The notes beneath the pieces are model-generated. The model did not search any database. It was not told the origin of the DNA and worked only from the letters and a program-made list of their open reading frames with translations. The translations under genes were made by a program, and so were the position numbers. A stretch of 64,000 nt of DNA from an uncultured delta proteobacterium (GTDB taxonomy: Bacteria; Desulfobacterota; Binatia; HRBIN30; BPIQ01): NCBI GenBank assembly GCA_963761335.1, contig CAVXGR010000009.1:1-64000 (forward strand). Direction: 5' to 3'. Of this stretch, positions 47,475-57,709 are shown piece by piece. Numbering within the stretch: position 1 is the first letter of the stretch; every line of letters begins with the position of its first letter.

Positions 47475-48896
47475 TCACCTCAAGTCGAAGTCGGTGATCC
47501 CCGCCGTTCCCGGCACCGACGCGGGAGCCGTGCCCGTGCTGCTGGTGATGGTGATGCCCAGGAAGTTGGCGTAGGCGATCGACTGCCCGTCATGGCTCCA
47601 GCACGGTGCGCTGGGGCCAAAGGCATCGGCGATCAGCCGCCTCTCGCCGGAGCCGTCGGGGTTGATCGCCATGATGCCGCCCTGCAGGGTGTTGTCGCGC
47701 GCAAAGATGATCGTGCCGCCGTCCGGGCTCCAGTCGGGATGGCGATCGGGGACGGTGTTGTTGGTGAGCCGCATCCGGTTCGAGCCGTCGGCGTTCATGA
47801 CGAAGATCTCGCGCTGGCTGCTGCTGTCGGGCTCCGCCTCATAGGCGATGCGGCCGCCGTCGGGGCTCCAGCTCAGGTGTCCGAACTGCTCGCCGTCCGT
47901 GCGCGTCACCAGGCGCTGGCGGCCGGAGCCATCGGCGTTCATCACGTCGATGGCGTCGCCCCCGCCGGCGGTGAGCACGATCCGACTGCCGTCGGGGCTC
48001 CACGCCGGATCGCCGTCGATGAAGGCGCTGTCCTCGGCGATGCGGTGAAAGTCGCTGCCGTCGGCGTTGATGATACCGATGGTGATGTGGTTATTCTGGG
48101 CATCCGGGGTCGAGAAGGCGATCTTGCTGCCGTCCGGGCTCCACGCCGGGCTGGTGACGAGGCCGATCGCCGGCTGGTGGATGCGCGTCTTTCCCGAGCC
48201 GTCCACGGCGATCGTGTAGATCCCCGGGTCCAGCAGAGGTCCGGCGTAAACGATGCGCGCAGCGCCCCCCGGATTGCCGGCTGGCGTCGGCAGAGGAGTC
48301 GGTCCGGCGCCGCGCAAGAGGATCGACGGGTAGCTCTGACCGTCGAGCACCAACGTCAAGTCCGAGCCCCCCGACGAGGTCGGCACCGTGCCACTCAGAT
48401 CGAAGGGAACGGCGCCGGTAGGGCCGGCGAAGGTTCCGGAGAAATGAAACGTCCCGTTCGCCGGATCCACGGATCCGGAGAGAGTCACCAACCCGGCGCT
48501 CACCGAGATGGCCTGAACGACCAGCGCCCGGCTGAAGCGGCGAGCCGCCGCGGAAGTCTCGACGATCTCGAGAGTGCCGGTGGCCTGGCCGTCGCTCTGA
48601 ACGGCGAGGTTCACGTGCGCCTCTTGTCCGCCGCTGAGCGGCACGGTGGACGAGTAGTCGCCGGCGATGTCCGACACTGCATCCGTCGGTGTCGGGGTCG
48701 GGCTTGCACCGCTTGGCGGCAACGTGGCGGTGGGCTGAACGGAGGCCGTCTTCGCCGGCGAGCTCGTCGGCCCCGGGGTCCCGGGCGCACGATCGTCGTC
48801 GTCACCGCAGCCGCTCAGCACGGCCAGCAACGCCGCCGCCAGAACCATCAAACGAACCGACCCCAGCTCGACTCCTCTGCAACGGATCATCGCCAT
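47475..48896 (-). CDS. lipoprotein with TolB-like beta-propeller (PD40 repeats)
   Basis: Lipobox LSGC after AAGGAGG RBS; repeated PAWSPDG...MNADGS. Confidence 0.88.
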   Translation of the reverse strand: MAMIRCRGVELGSVRLMVLAAALLAVLSGCGDDDDRAPGTPGPTSSPAKTASVQPTATLPPSGASPTPTPTDAVSDIAGDYSSTVPLSGGQEAHVNLAVQSDGQATGTLEIVETSAAARRFSRALVVQAISVSAGLVTLSGSVDPANGTFHFSGTFAGPTGAVPFDLSGTVPTSSGGSDLTLVLDGQSYPSILLRGAGPTPLPTPAGNPGGAARIVYAGPLLDPGIYTIAVDGSGKTRIHQPAIGLVTSPAWSPDGSKIAFSTPDAQNNHITIGIINADGSDFHRIAEDSAFIDGDPAWSPDGSRIVLTAGGGDAIDVMNADGSGRQRLVTRTDGEQFGHLSWSPDGGRIAYEAEPDSSSQREIFVMNADGSNRMRLTNNTVPDRHPDWSPDGGTIIFARDNTLQGGIMAINPDGSGERRLIADAFGPSAPCWSHDGQSIAYANFLGITITSSTGTAPASVPGTAGITDFDLR

Positions 48897-49035
48897 CTCC
48901 TCCTTGTCGATTGGAGGGTGAGCCCTCCCATGCACCGGTGGCGTTCAAAGTCGTCGGCGGCCGTTCATTCTGGAATGAACGGTGGTTTGACCAGCGGTTG
49001 CGAGCCATCTAAGAGCTTCGGCCTGGCTGAGATAT

Positions 49036-52000
49036 GTGCCCGGAAAGATGACCGGAAGCCGACCTGAGGTGGCGAGCGGACGCCCGCTGGTGGGTCGGGA
49101 ACGCGAGTGGTCGGAGCTCTCGGAAGCTCCCGCCGCAGCTCGGTCCGGACACGGCTGCCTTTTTCTGCTGCGCGGGCAGGCGGGCATCGGCAAGAAGCGG
49201 CTCGCCGAGCAGCTCGGCCGCGAGGCCGAAGATCAGGGACAGAGGGTCCACTGGGGACGTTGCGTGGAAGGCGCCGCGACTCCGGCGTTCTGGCCGTGGG
49301 TGGAGGTGATCCGCTCGATCGCCGCAAGTGGCGACCCGCCACTCTCGCCCAGGCGTCGGAAGCGGAGCTCTCCAGCCTCGCCCGGCTCGCCCCGGATCTC
49401 GTCGGGACCGGCGTCGCCGGCGCGCGGCAGCCGCGCCGATCCCTCCTCGGCTCTGCCCTCGTTCGACGCCGAGATCGAGCGCTTCCAGCTCTTCGACGGC
49501 GTTGCCAGCTTTCTGCGGCGGCTCGCGAGCCGAGCGCCGTACGGCATCGTTCTCGACGACCTGCACGCCGCCGACCTTCCGTCGCTGTCATTGCTGGCCT
49601 TCATGGCGCGGCAACTGAACACGGCGCCGATCTGGGTGGTGGGGACGTACCGAGAGGTCGAAGCTCGAGCCGACCCCGGGCGACGCGAGCTGTTGTCGGT
49701 GATTGCCCGTCTCGGCCGCTCGCTGACGCTCTCCGGTCTGTCGGAGCCCGAGGTCGGGCGCCTCATCGAGCAGGTGATCGGCACCGCGCCGAGCCGGCAG
49801 CTGGTCGCCCGCATCCGCGATCTCAGCGACGGCAACCCCTTCTTCGTCGACGAGCTGGCGCGCCTCTTCGGCTCGCGACCGGAAGGCGCCCTCCGCGAGC
49901 GTGCGGCGGGACACCTGACGATCGGCGTCGGCATCCACGAGGTCTGCGCCAGCACCTGCGCGGTGTCAGTGAGGAATGCCTGCAGGTGCTGCGGGTGGCG
50001 GCGGCGATCGGGCAGGAGGTAAGCTTCGCGCTCTGGCGCGAAGCCTGCGGCCTCGGGCCCACGCGTCTGCTCGACCTCATCGATGAGGCAGTCGACGTCC
50101 AGGTCCTCGAGGCGAGGCCGGCGCGCCGCTTTCGCTTTGCCCACGCGCTCATCCGCGAGGCGCTGTACGACGATCTTCTCGCCTCGGAGCGGGTCGAGCT
50201 GCACCGGCGGGTCGGCGAGGCAATCGAACGTCTCTTCCCGGCGAGCCTCGATGAGCATCTGCCCGAGCTCGCCTACCATTTCGCCCGCTTCGCGCCCGGC
50301 GGCGATGCCGAGAAGGCGCTCGACTACGCCAGCCGCGCGGCGCGGCGGGCCTCGTCTCTATTGGCCTATGAGGACGCCGCGCAGCTGTACGAGCTGGCGC
50401 TCGACATCTTGCCCCTGGTGCCCGATGGGCTTGCACGCCAGCGGCAAGTGGAGATTCTCCTCGCCCTGGGCGACGCCTATGTCCGCGCCGGCGACACGCC
50501 GAAGGCGCGGGCGGCGTTCGAAGGCGCCGCCAACGCCGCCCGCGCGCGCCGCGATGCCGCGAACCTGGCGCGCGCCGCGCTCGGCTGCGGCGGCCTCGGC
50601 CTCGGCGTTCCGCCGGGAACCGTCGACGGCGCCCTCGTCGCGCTGATCGAGGAGGCCATCGCCTACGACGCGCATTCCTACCCGACGTCCACGCGCGCGC
50701 GACTTCTCGCGCGGCTGGCGCTCGAGCTCTACTTCTCGGACGCCACGGCGCGGCGGCATGAGCTGATGAGCGAGGCCTGGGCTCTCGCCGGAAACGCCGA
50801 CGCCGACACACTGGCATATGTGACCCATGCCCGGCTCGTCGGCCTGTGGGACCTCACCCCGCCGGCGGAGCGCATGGAGTGGAGCAATGAGCTGATCGCC
50901 CTTGCCGAGCGGACCGGCGATCAGGATCTCGGCCTGCGGGCCCACAGCTATCGATTGCTCGAAATCATCGACACCGGCCTCGCCGACGCTTGGGAGCCGG
51001 AGCTCGAAACCATCACGCGGCTGGCCGAGCGACTGCGCGAGCCGCGTTTTCTCGGAATGGCGACGGGAACACGCGCCATGCGCAGCCTCTGGGTCGGACG
51101 CTTCGCCGAAGCCGAAGCCCTCGGCCAGCAGGCGCTCGAGATGGCGCCGTCAGATCCGGATATGCAGACCTCGATCACCATAGCCGCCCAAACCTTCTTC
51201 ATGCGCCGGCTGCAGGGGCGGAGCGAGGAGGTCGAGGCGTACGCCCGCGCCATCGTCGCTGCCGCGCCGGCGATACCGGGGACGCACTGCATGCTGATCC
51301 TGGCTCTCTGCGATCTCGGGCGCTTCGACGAAGCGCGCGCCGAGATGGAGCTTCTGGGCGACGGCGACTTCGATCTCCTGCGCCGGAGCAATCGCATTGC
51401 CAGCCTGGTGCCGTGGCTGGCCGAAGCCTCCGCGCTCCTCGGTGACCGGCCGCGAATGCAGTCCCTCTATCGCGATCTCTTGCCCCTGTCGGCGAGAAAC
51501 ATCTCCCTCCAGGCACGCCTCTGTTTCGGCCCCGCCGCCTTCTATCTCGGAATGATCACGGCGGGCCTCGGGCGCCTGGGCGAGGCGATCGGATATTTCG
51601 AAACCGCGCAGGCGCTGGCGGCGCGGATGGGCGGCCGGCCATTGGCGGCGATGATCCGCATCGAGCATGGGCGCGCGCTCCGCGCCCTGGGCGACGTCGG
51701 CGGCGCGCGCGAGCTGATCGAGGCGGCCCGCGAGACGGCGACCGCTCTCGGATTGCACGCCTTGATCGACAGGATCGCAGCCCTGGAGACAGACCGGCTT
51801 CGTACCGCCACCCTGCGCCGCGAGGGGCAGCTGTGGACGATTGCCGCAGGCGGCACGGTGCTGCGCTGCAAGAGATCCAAGGGACTCCACTACCTGTCTC
51901 ATTTGCTGCGCCACCCGGGCAGGTCGTTTCACGTTCTCGAGCTGATCGCCCTCGACGAGCCGGCAGAGCGCGCCGGTGTGGAGATCGCACGCATGAGCCG

Positions 52001-52408
52001 CGCCCAGCTCGATGAGCTTGGCATGCACGTCGGTGCGCCCCAATGCGGCGAACCGCTTGCCGATACCAAGGCGCTCGCCGCCTATCGCCGGCAGCTGGAA
52101 GATTTGAACAGCGAGCTCGCCGAGGCGACCCAGTTCAACGACCTGGAACGGCGCGCGCATATCCAGGAAGAGATCGAAGCGCTGACCGACGCTCTGGCGA
52201 GTGCCGTCGGCCTCGGCGGCCGCCTGCGGGCCAGCGGCTCGTTCGCGGAGCGGGCGCGCCTGAACGTCACCCGCGCCGTGCGCACCGCCATTCAGCGGAT
52301 CGCCGAGGGACATCCGGAGCTCGGCCGCCATCTCGACCGCGCCGTGCGCACCGGCTCGTTCTGCGGCTACGATCCGGAGCCCGGCGCGGCGTGCACTGGG
52401 AGCTGTGA
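49036..52408 (+). pseudogene. STAND/AAA-ATPase large transcriptional-regulator-like protein with several frameshifts
   Basis: LVGRERE, GQAGIGKK, VLDDLHAAD, GNPFF, FAHALIREALY, TPR-like middle, C-terminal ERARLNVTRAVRTAI...RTGSFCGY. Confidence 0.78.
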
Positions 52409-52423
52409 ACCTCGCGGGAGTCT

Positions 52424-52551
52424 CGCCCCGGAGGGGCGCAGGCATGGAGCCCCGGGTCGCAGACCCGGGGATGCGGAAGTCGACGTCGGCTGGCGCCCCG
52501 CCAGGGGCGCGGGCGCGGTCTTGACCGAGGCCTCTGCACCCGGGCTTGCAC
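52424..52551. repeat. 128-bp REPIN half, inverted homolog of 40880-41007
   Basis: cgccccggaggggcgcaggcatggagccccgggtcgcagacccgggg...gaagtcgacgtc...ggcctctgca aligns with the reverse complement of 40880-41007. Confidence 0.8.
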
Positions 52552-52573
52552 CACTGCTAGATCTTTGCCGTCC

Positions 52574-52611
52574 TTGACGGCAGTGTGCTACTTGTAGCAC
52601 ATTGCTGTCAA
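52574..52611 (+). promoter_or_regulatory. TA promoter/operator palindrome
   Basis: TTGACGGCAGTGTGCTAC-TT-GTAGCACATTGCTGTCAA (18-bp arms, 2 mismatches) ending at the antitoxin ATG. Confidence 0.75.
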
Positions 52612-52847
52612 TGAGAACGGCGGGAATTCGCGAGGCCCGACAGAACTTGACTTCGTTGCTGGATGAAGTCCGTAAAGGGCGCGAGGTGTGGATCACGGAC
52701 CGGGGACGTCCGGTCGCTCGCCTCGTTCCCCCATCGCAGGAATCCGAGCGTCCTTTCTCCAGCCACCGTCGTTTCCGCGCCGGAATCCGGCTGAAGGGAC
52801 GGCCACTATCCGAGACCGCGAGTCAGGACCGTGGAGATCGGCTCTAG
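52611..52847 (+). CDS. Phd/YefM family antitoxin
   Basis: MRTAGIREARQNLTSLLDEVRKGREVWITDRGRPVARLVP. Confidence 0.92.
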   Translation: MRTAGIREARQNLTSLLDEVRKGREVWITDRGRPVARLVPPSQESERPFSSHRRFRAGIRLKGRPLSETASQDRGDRL

Positions 52848-53254
52848 TCCGCTCTATGTAGACACCAGTGCCTTGGCGAAGCTCTACGTTGCTGAGTCGA
52901 GCAGTGCGACGCTCGAGGCGGCTCTGGTCGGCGGCACGATCTCATCGTCTCCGCGCTGGCGGTCCCCGAGCTGTGCTCCTCCATCGCTCGGCGAGCTCGA
53001 GAAGGAGACCTCTCGACGGCCCATGCCCAGCGACTCTATCGGCGAGTCCTGCGAGACTGCGCCGACGGTGAGTTTCGCCGAGCCGAGCTCACCGCCAGCA
53101 TTCACCGGGATGCCGAACGCCTCCTTCTCCCTTGGGCCGGCGCGTTGCTCTGCGCGCGGCGGACGCTCTGCACCTCGCCCTTGCAGGGGCCTACGCAGCG
53201 CGAGTACTGATCACCGTCGATACAGGAATGGCGCGCCGCCGCCGAGTGTCCTAG
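52831..53254 (+). pseudogene. PIN-domain (VapC) toxin, frameshifted
   Basis: LYVDTSALAKLYVAESSS; later frames give ELCSSIARRAREG and LRAADALHLALA; 3' end approximate. Confidence 0.75.
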
Positions 53255-53311
53255 TTTGCCGGTCCGACTCTGCAATTATCTCCCGCCCGCCTCGCGCAAG
53301 GGTCTCCATCG

Positions 53312-53450
53312 CTCTCCCCGCATTCTTTTCGCGGGGAGAGGATCAAGGTGAGGGGTTCCATTCTCACTGAGGTTCACGATTTCTGCGGCGTCCAGGTAAG
53401 ATTGGAACCTCATCCGACTTCCCGCGAAACAATGCGGGAGAGGGAACCGG
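53312..53450. repeat. CCCTCTCCC-family palindromic repeat, copy 2
   Basis: ctctccccgc...gcggggagag..aaggtgagggg and caatgcgggagagggaac, shared with 9614-9755. Confidence 0.7.
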
Positions 53451-53587
53451 CGCCCGCAGCGGCGTGAAAATCGACGCGGAAGTCGTTGTCAATGGGGTGC
53501 ATTCGCCAAAAGTAGGACAGTACCGACCACGTATCGCGTGGACGCGCGCGCCGGAATGGGGTATCGACGCGCCCGGAGAGAGTCGCC

Positions 53588-54661
53588 GTGCTGTCGCGCG
53601 AGAGAGATACCGGGCCGCTGCGCAACCGTCTGGAGGAATGGCTGCGGCGGCAGATGCCGGGCGCCGAGGACCTGTCGCTCGCACCCCTGCGCAAGCCCGA
53701 GGCCGGGCTGTCGAGCGAGACGTTTCTCTGCGACCTCACCTATCGCGAGGGCGGCGCCGGGCGCGAGCTCGGGCTGGTGCTGCGCCTGCGGCCGTCGGAC
53801 TTTCTCGTCTTCCCCGAGTACGATCTGCCGCGCCAGTGGCGACTCCTCCGATCCCTCGCCGGCAGCGGCGTGCCGGTTCCCGTCGTGCACGGCGTCGAAG
53901 AGGACGAGTCCATACTCGGCTCCCCCTTCTATCTGATGGAGCGCATCGACGGGCGCGTGCCCTCGGAGGTACCGCCCTATCATTGCGCCGGCCTCTGCTT
54001 CGAGGCCTCACCGGCCGAGCGCCAGCGCATGTGGTGGAGCGGCATCGAGGCGCTGGCGCGCCTTCACACGCTCGACTGGCGGGCGCGCGGGCTGTCGTTT
54101 CTCGGCGCGCCGGCGGCGGGAACCGACGCTCTCGACCGGCAGATCGACTGCTACACCCGCTACCTGCGCTGGGTCGCGGGCGATCGTCCGCAGCCGATTC
54201 TCGAATCCGCCCTCGCCTGGCTGCGCGACAACCGCTACACGCCGCGACGCGTCGGCCTCTGCTGGGGAGACGCGCGCATGCCCAACCTGATCTTCCGCGA
54301 CGGCGAGGTTGCGGGCGTGCTCGATTGGGAGATGGCCTTTCTCGGCGATCCCGAGGCCGATCTCGGCTGGTTTCTGTTCATGGACTGGGCCAGCTGCGAC
54401 GGCTACGGATTTCCCCGTCTCGAGGGCTTCCCGAGCCGGGAGCAGACCATCGATCGCTACCAGCAGCTCACCGGCGCCGAGGTGGAGAACGCCTACTACA
54501 ACGAGGTGTTCGCGGCCCTGCGCTTCGGCGTCATCATGGCGCGCGTCGCCGGGCGCATGCAGGAGCTCGGCCTGCCGACACCGGTCCCGGATTTCGAGCG
54601 CAACAACGTGTGCACGCAGCGCCTCGCGGCGCTGCTGGAGCTGCCGCCTCCGGGCACCTGA
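53588..54661 (+). CDS. aminoglycoside-phosphotransferase-like kinase (APH family)
   Basis: GLSSET, LGSPFYLMERIDG, WGDARMPN, VLDWEMAFLGDPEADLGW. Confidence 0.9.
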   Translation: MLSRERDTGPLRNRLEEWLRRQMPGAEDLSLAPLRKPEAGLSSETFLCDLTYREGGAGRELGLVLRLRPSDFLVFPEYDLPRQWRLLRSLAGSGVPVPVVHGVEEDESILGSPFYLMERIDGRVPSEVPPYHCAGLCFEASPAERQRMWWSGIEALARLHTLDWRARGLSFLGAPAAGTDALDRQIDCYTRYLRWVAGDRPQPILESALAWLRDNRYTPRRVGLCWGDARMPNLIFRDGEVAGVLDWEMAFLGDPEADLGWFLFMDWASCDGYGFPRLEGFPSREQTIDRYQQLTGAEVENAYYNEVFAALRFGVIMARVAGRMQELGLPTPVPDFERNNVCTQRLAALLELPPPGT

Positions 54662-54679
54662 AGGCGCGGAGAGAGAAAG

Positions 54680-55567
54680 ATGCCCAGCACCGTGCATCTG
54701 GCAACCGCGGAGAACGACGAGCGCCATGCTCCCGCGCCGGGATCGCCGGCGCTGTGGAACGACAGCTACTGGTTCCCGATCTACGATCCGACGCGCGAGA
54801 TCGGCGTGGTGCTGCGCGGCGGCGTCCTCGCCAACCAGAAGCGGGCAAACCTCGCCGTCTTCATCACCCACTGCGGCCGCGTCGTGCACCAGCTCGTCGA
54901 TCACGCCCTGCCGCTGCCGGCGATGGACGGGCGCCAGCTCGCTCTCGGCGGATTGCAGGTGGATTGGGAGAAGCCCCTGGAGGGCTTCCGCCTGCGCTAC
55001 GCCTACGGGCAGCACGGCTTCGATCTCGTCTGGCAGGCGTACAGCCCGGCATACGAGTACCCACAGGCCGGTGCTGCACAGGGCCAGATCAGCCAGGGCG
55101 GCCGCGTCTCCGGCGAGATCCGCATCGGCGGATCCCGCTATGACATGAGCTGCCTCGGGCATCGCGACCACACCTGGGGCAGCGAGCCCAACTGGGCCAA
55201 GCTTCGCAGCTGGGAGCACCTGTGCGGAGACATCGATCCCCAGCTCTGGTTCCGGGTATCGCGCCTCGCCTTCGCCGGTGGTCCGGAGATCAGCGCCGGC
55301 TGCCTGTGGGACGGCGCCGAGCTGCACGAGGCGCGCGACATCCAGATCCATCCCGAGACCGCCGACGGCGGCACGCGCCAGATCGGCGTCGAGGCGCGCT
55401 TCGCCGACGAGCGCGGGCGGGTGTACGAGGTGATTGGCCAGCAGGTGCTGGTCCACTTACCCGTTCAGTACGGGCGTACCTGGCTGAAGGACGGAGTTAC
55501 GCTTTACCGCTATGGCGAGCGCTTCGGCTATGGGATCTACCAGCACGGGTACCTGGAGCGGGACTGA
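54680..55567 (+). CDS. hypothetical beta-barrel protein co-transcribed with the APH-like kinase
   Basis: WNDSYWF, QGGRVSGEIRIGG, GHRDHTWG motifs; function unknown. Confidence 0.75.
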   Translation: MPSTVHLATAENDERHAPAPGSPALWNDSYWFPIYDPTREIGVVLRGGVLANQKRANLAVFITHCGRVVHQLVDHALPLPAMDGRQLALGGLQVDWEKPLEGFRLRYAYGQHGFDLVWQAYSPAYEYPQAGAAQGQISQGGRVSGEIRIGGSRYDMSCLGHRDHTWGSEPNWAKLRSWEHLCGDIDPQLWFRVSRLAFAGGPEISAGCLWDGAELHEARDIQIHPETADGGTRQIGVEARFADERGRVYEVIGQQVLVHLPVQYGRTWLKDGVTLYRYGERFGYGIYQHGYLERD

Positions 55568-55702
55568 AGAGAATGTAGAATGAAAAACCGGTGACCGGTG
55601 ATTCAGAACCGGCAAATGATTCGCCGGGCGGTTCCCCGGTTCTTCTTCTCCATCACCGGTTCTTCATTCTGCATGACCGGTTTTTCGTCTTACATTCTCT
55701 TC
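55566..55702. repeat. heptamer-type inverted repeat between convergent genes
   Basis: gaagagaatgtagaatgaaaaaccggt ... accggtttttcgtcttacattctcttc. Confidence 0.75.
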
Positions 55703-55712
55703 CTCTTCGCCC

Positions 55713-56411
55713 TCAGGCCAGATCGAAGAGGAGGATCTCCGCGGGACCGTCGGCGCGGATGGAGATCTCCGGCTGGTCGCTGATGGCGGCGCCGTCGCCG
55801 GCGTGCAGCGACTCGCGATCGAGTGAGACGTCGCCGCGCGCCACCTGCAGCCAGGCGTGACGCCCTGGCCGCAGCGGATGTCGCACCTCCGCCGAGGCGT
55901 CGAGCCGCGAGGCGTAGAGAGCGACGTTCTGATGCACCGTCAGGGCGCCGCCCGCGCCGTCGCGCGAGGCGACGAGAAGCAGCTGGTTACGCCGCTCGTC
56001 GAAAGGAAAGGTGCGCTGCTCATAGGAAGGGGACATACCGTTGCGCTCCGGCAGGATCCAGATCTGCAGCAGGTGCACCGGCTCGCTCGCCGACGGATTG
56101 AACTCGCTGTGGGTCACGCCCGTCCCGGCGCTCATACGCTGCAGCTCGCCGGGCCGGATCATCGAGCCGTTGCCCATGCTGTCGCGGTGTTGCAGCGCGC
56201 CGTCGAGGACGTAGGTGACGATCTCCATGTCCCGATGCGGGTGGGTGCCGAAGCCCTGCGACGGCTGCACGCGATCCTCATTGATCACCCGCAGGTCGCG
56301 GAAGCCCATGTGCGCGGGGTCATGGTAGTCGGCGAAGGAGAAGGTGTGACGGGTATCCAGCCAGCCGTGATTCGCGTGTCCGCGCTCGGCGCTGCGCCGC
56401 AAGGTGATCAT
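55713..56411 (-). CDS. pirin family protein (YhhW-like)
   Basis: GWLDTRHTFSFADY, LRVINED, HPHRDMEI, MSAGTGVTHSE, LLQIWI. Confidence 0.95.
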   Translation of the reverse strand: MITLRRSAERGHANHGWLDTRHTFSFADYHDPAHMGFRDLRVINEDRVQPSQGFGTHPHRDMEIVTYVLDGALQHRDSMGNGSMIRPGELQRMSAGTGVTHSEFNPSASEPVHLLQIWILPERNGMSPSYEQRTFPFDERRNQLLLVASRDGAGGALTVHQNVALYASRLDASAEVRHPLRPGRHAWLQVARGDVSLDRESLHAGDGAAISDQPEISIRADGPAEILLFDLA

Positions 56412-56482
56412 CAGATCCTGCCTCCTCTGAACCATGATGGCAGAAGTGGCGCGGCATGGGTATGGGCGCCGGCCAAAGGATA

Positions 56483-56527
56483 AACGGCGGCGCGCCGCTT
56501 CGGAAGGCGCCGAGACGGCGCTCCCAC
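56483..56527. repeat. degenerate AAGCGGCG-family REPIN, copy 3
   Basis: cggcggcgcgccgcttcggaaggcgccgagacggcgctcccac resembles 11697-11746. Confidence 0.55.
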
Positions 56528-56603
56528 TCTGCGAAAAAATTGGGGGTAGGATGCGCAACCGCACCGCCGGGCGTAGACTGAGCGACTGGAAAAGGAGGCT
56601 ACC

Positions 56604-57050
56604 ATGATGAAGACGCGGATTCTCTCACTGGTCACCGCTCCGGCGCTGCTGCTCATCCTGGCGATGCCGGTGCACGCCCAGCAGGCGAAGCCGACGGCGG
56701 CCGGCGGCGCGGCCGCCATGTCGGCCAAGCATCAGCAGATGATGGCGAGGCACAAGGAAATGATGGATCGCATGGCCGCCGACAACGCCCGCCTCGACGA
56801 GCTGGTGACCAAGATAGACGCGGCCACCACGGAGAGCGCCAAGCTCGACGCCATTGCCGCGGTGGTGAAAGAGCTCGTCTCCCAGCACCAGGCGCGGCAG
56901 AAGATGATGGGCGCGATGCATCCGCGCATGATGAAGGGGATGATGGGAAAGATGCAGGGCAAGGGTGCGGGCCCCTGCACCGACTGTCCAAACTGTCCCG
57001 ACTGTCCGATGATGAAGGGAATGATGGGCGGCGGCACACCGACTCCATAG
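56604..57050 (+). CDS. secreted Met-rich helical protein with a C-terminal CxxCxxCxxC cluster
   Basis: Signal peptide ending PVHA; multiple MM motifs; CTDCPNCPDCPMM. Confidence 0.75.
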   Translation: MMKTRILSLVTAPALLLILAMPVHAQQAKPTAAGGAAAMSAKHQQMMARHKEMMDRMAADNARLDELVTKIDAATTESAKLDAIAAVVKELVSQHQARQKMMGAMHPRMMKGMMGKMQGKGAGPCTDCPNCPDCPMMKGMMGGGTPTP

Positions 57051-57092
57051 CGGCCGGTAGTTATCAGTTTGATTCGACGCACGGGCACCAGG

Positions 57093-57198
57093 TCCCTCTC
57101 CCCGCACTTCCGCGGGGAGAGGTCAGGTGACTACGCAGCTTCAAAGAAGATCGGCACCCTCACCCCTGCCCCTCTCCCACAGGCAATGCGGGAGAGGG
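57093..57198. repeat. CCCTCTCCC-family palindromic repeat, copy 3
   Basis: ccctctccccgc..gcggggagaggtcaggtga and ccctcacccctgcccctctccc..caatgcgggagaggg. Confidence 0.75.
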
Positions 57199-57286
57199 CG
57201 ACGCCGAACGGCCCGAAATGAATTGAGGCTCTACCTAGCCGCAGATCGCTTGACGCCCGCGGAGACCTTCCGGTAAGCGTCGGCGG

Positions 57287-57709
57287 ATGGCCGAGACATA
57301 CACGGGACCGATCCCCAAGCCTACTCCCGAGACGCGCAAGTACTGGCAGGCGGCGAGGCAGCACACCCTGCTGATCCAGCGCTGCAACGCCTGCGGCGAG
57401 CACTACTTCTATCCGCGGCCGATGTGCCCGCGCTGCCTCTCGCGCCAGGTCGAGTGGGTCGAGGCCAGCGGCCGCGGTCGCCTGCACACCTTCGTCATCA
57501 ACCACCGGCCGCCGCGCAGCTTCCCGCAGAAGGGGCCCCTGGTCATCGGCATCGTCGAGCTGGAGGAAGGGCCGAAGATGCTGAGCAACATCATCGACGT
57601 CGAGCCCGACCCCGCGAAGATCCGCTGCGACATGCCGGTGGAGGTGGTCTTCGAGGACATCACCGAGGAGATCGCCCTGCCGAAGTTCCGGCCGGCGCTG
57701 CAGCCATGA
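57287..57709 (+). CDS. Zn-ribbon/OB-fold DUF35 (ChsH2-like) protein
   Basis: QRCNACG..YPRPMCPRC, ASGRGRLHTF, VELEEGPKM. Confidence 0.92.
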   Translation: MAETYTGPIPKPTPETRKYWQAARQHTLLIQRCNACGEHYFYPRPMCPRCLSRQVEWVEASGRGRLHTFVINHRPPRSFPQKGPLVIGIVELEEGPKMLSNIIDVEPDPAKIRCDMPVEVVFEDITEEIALPKFRPALQP

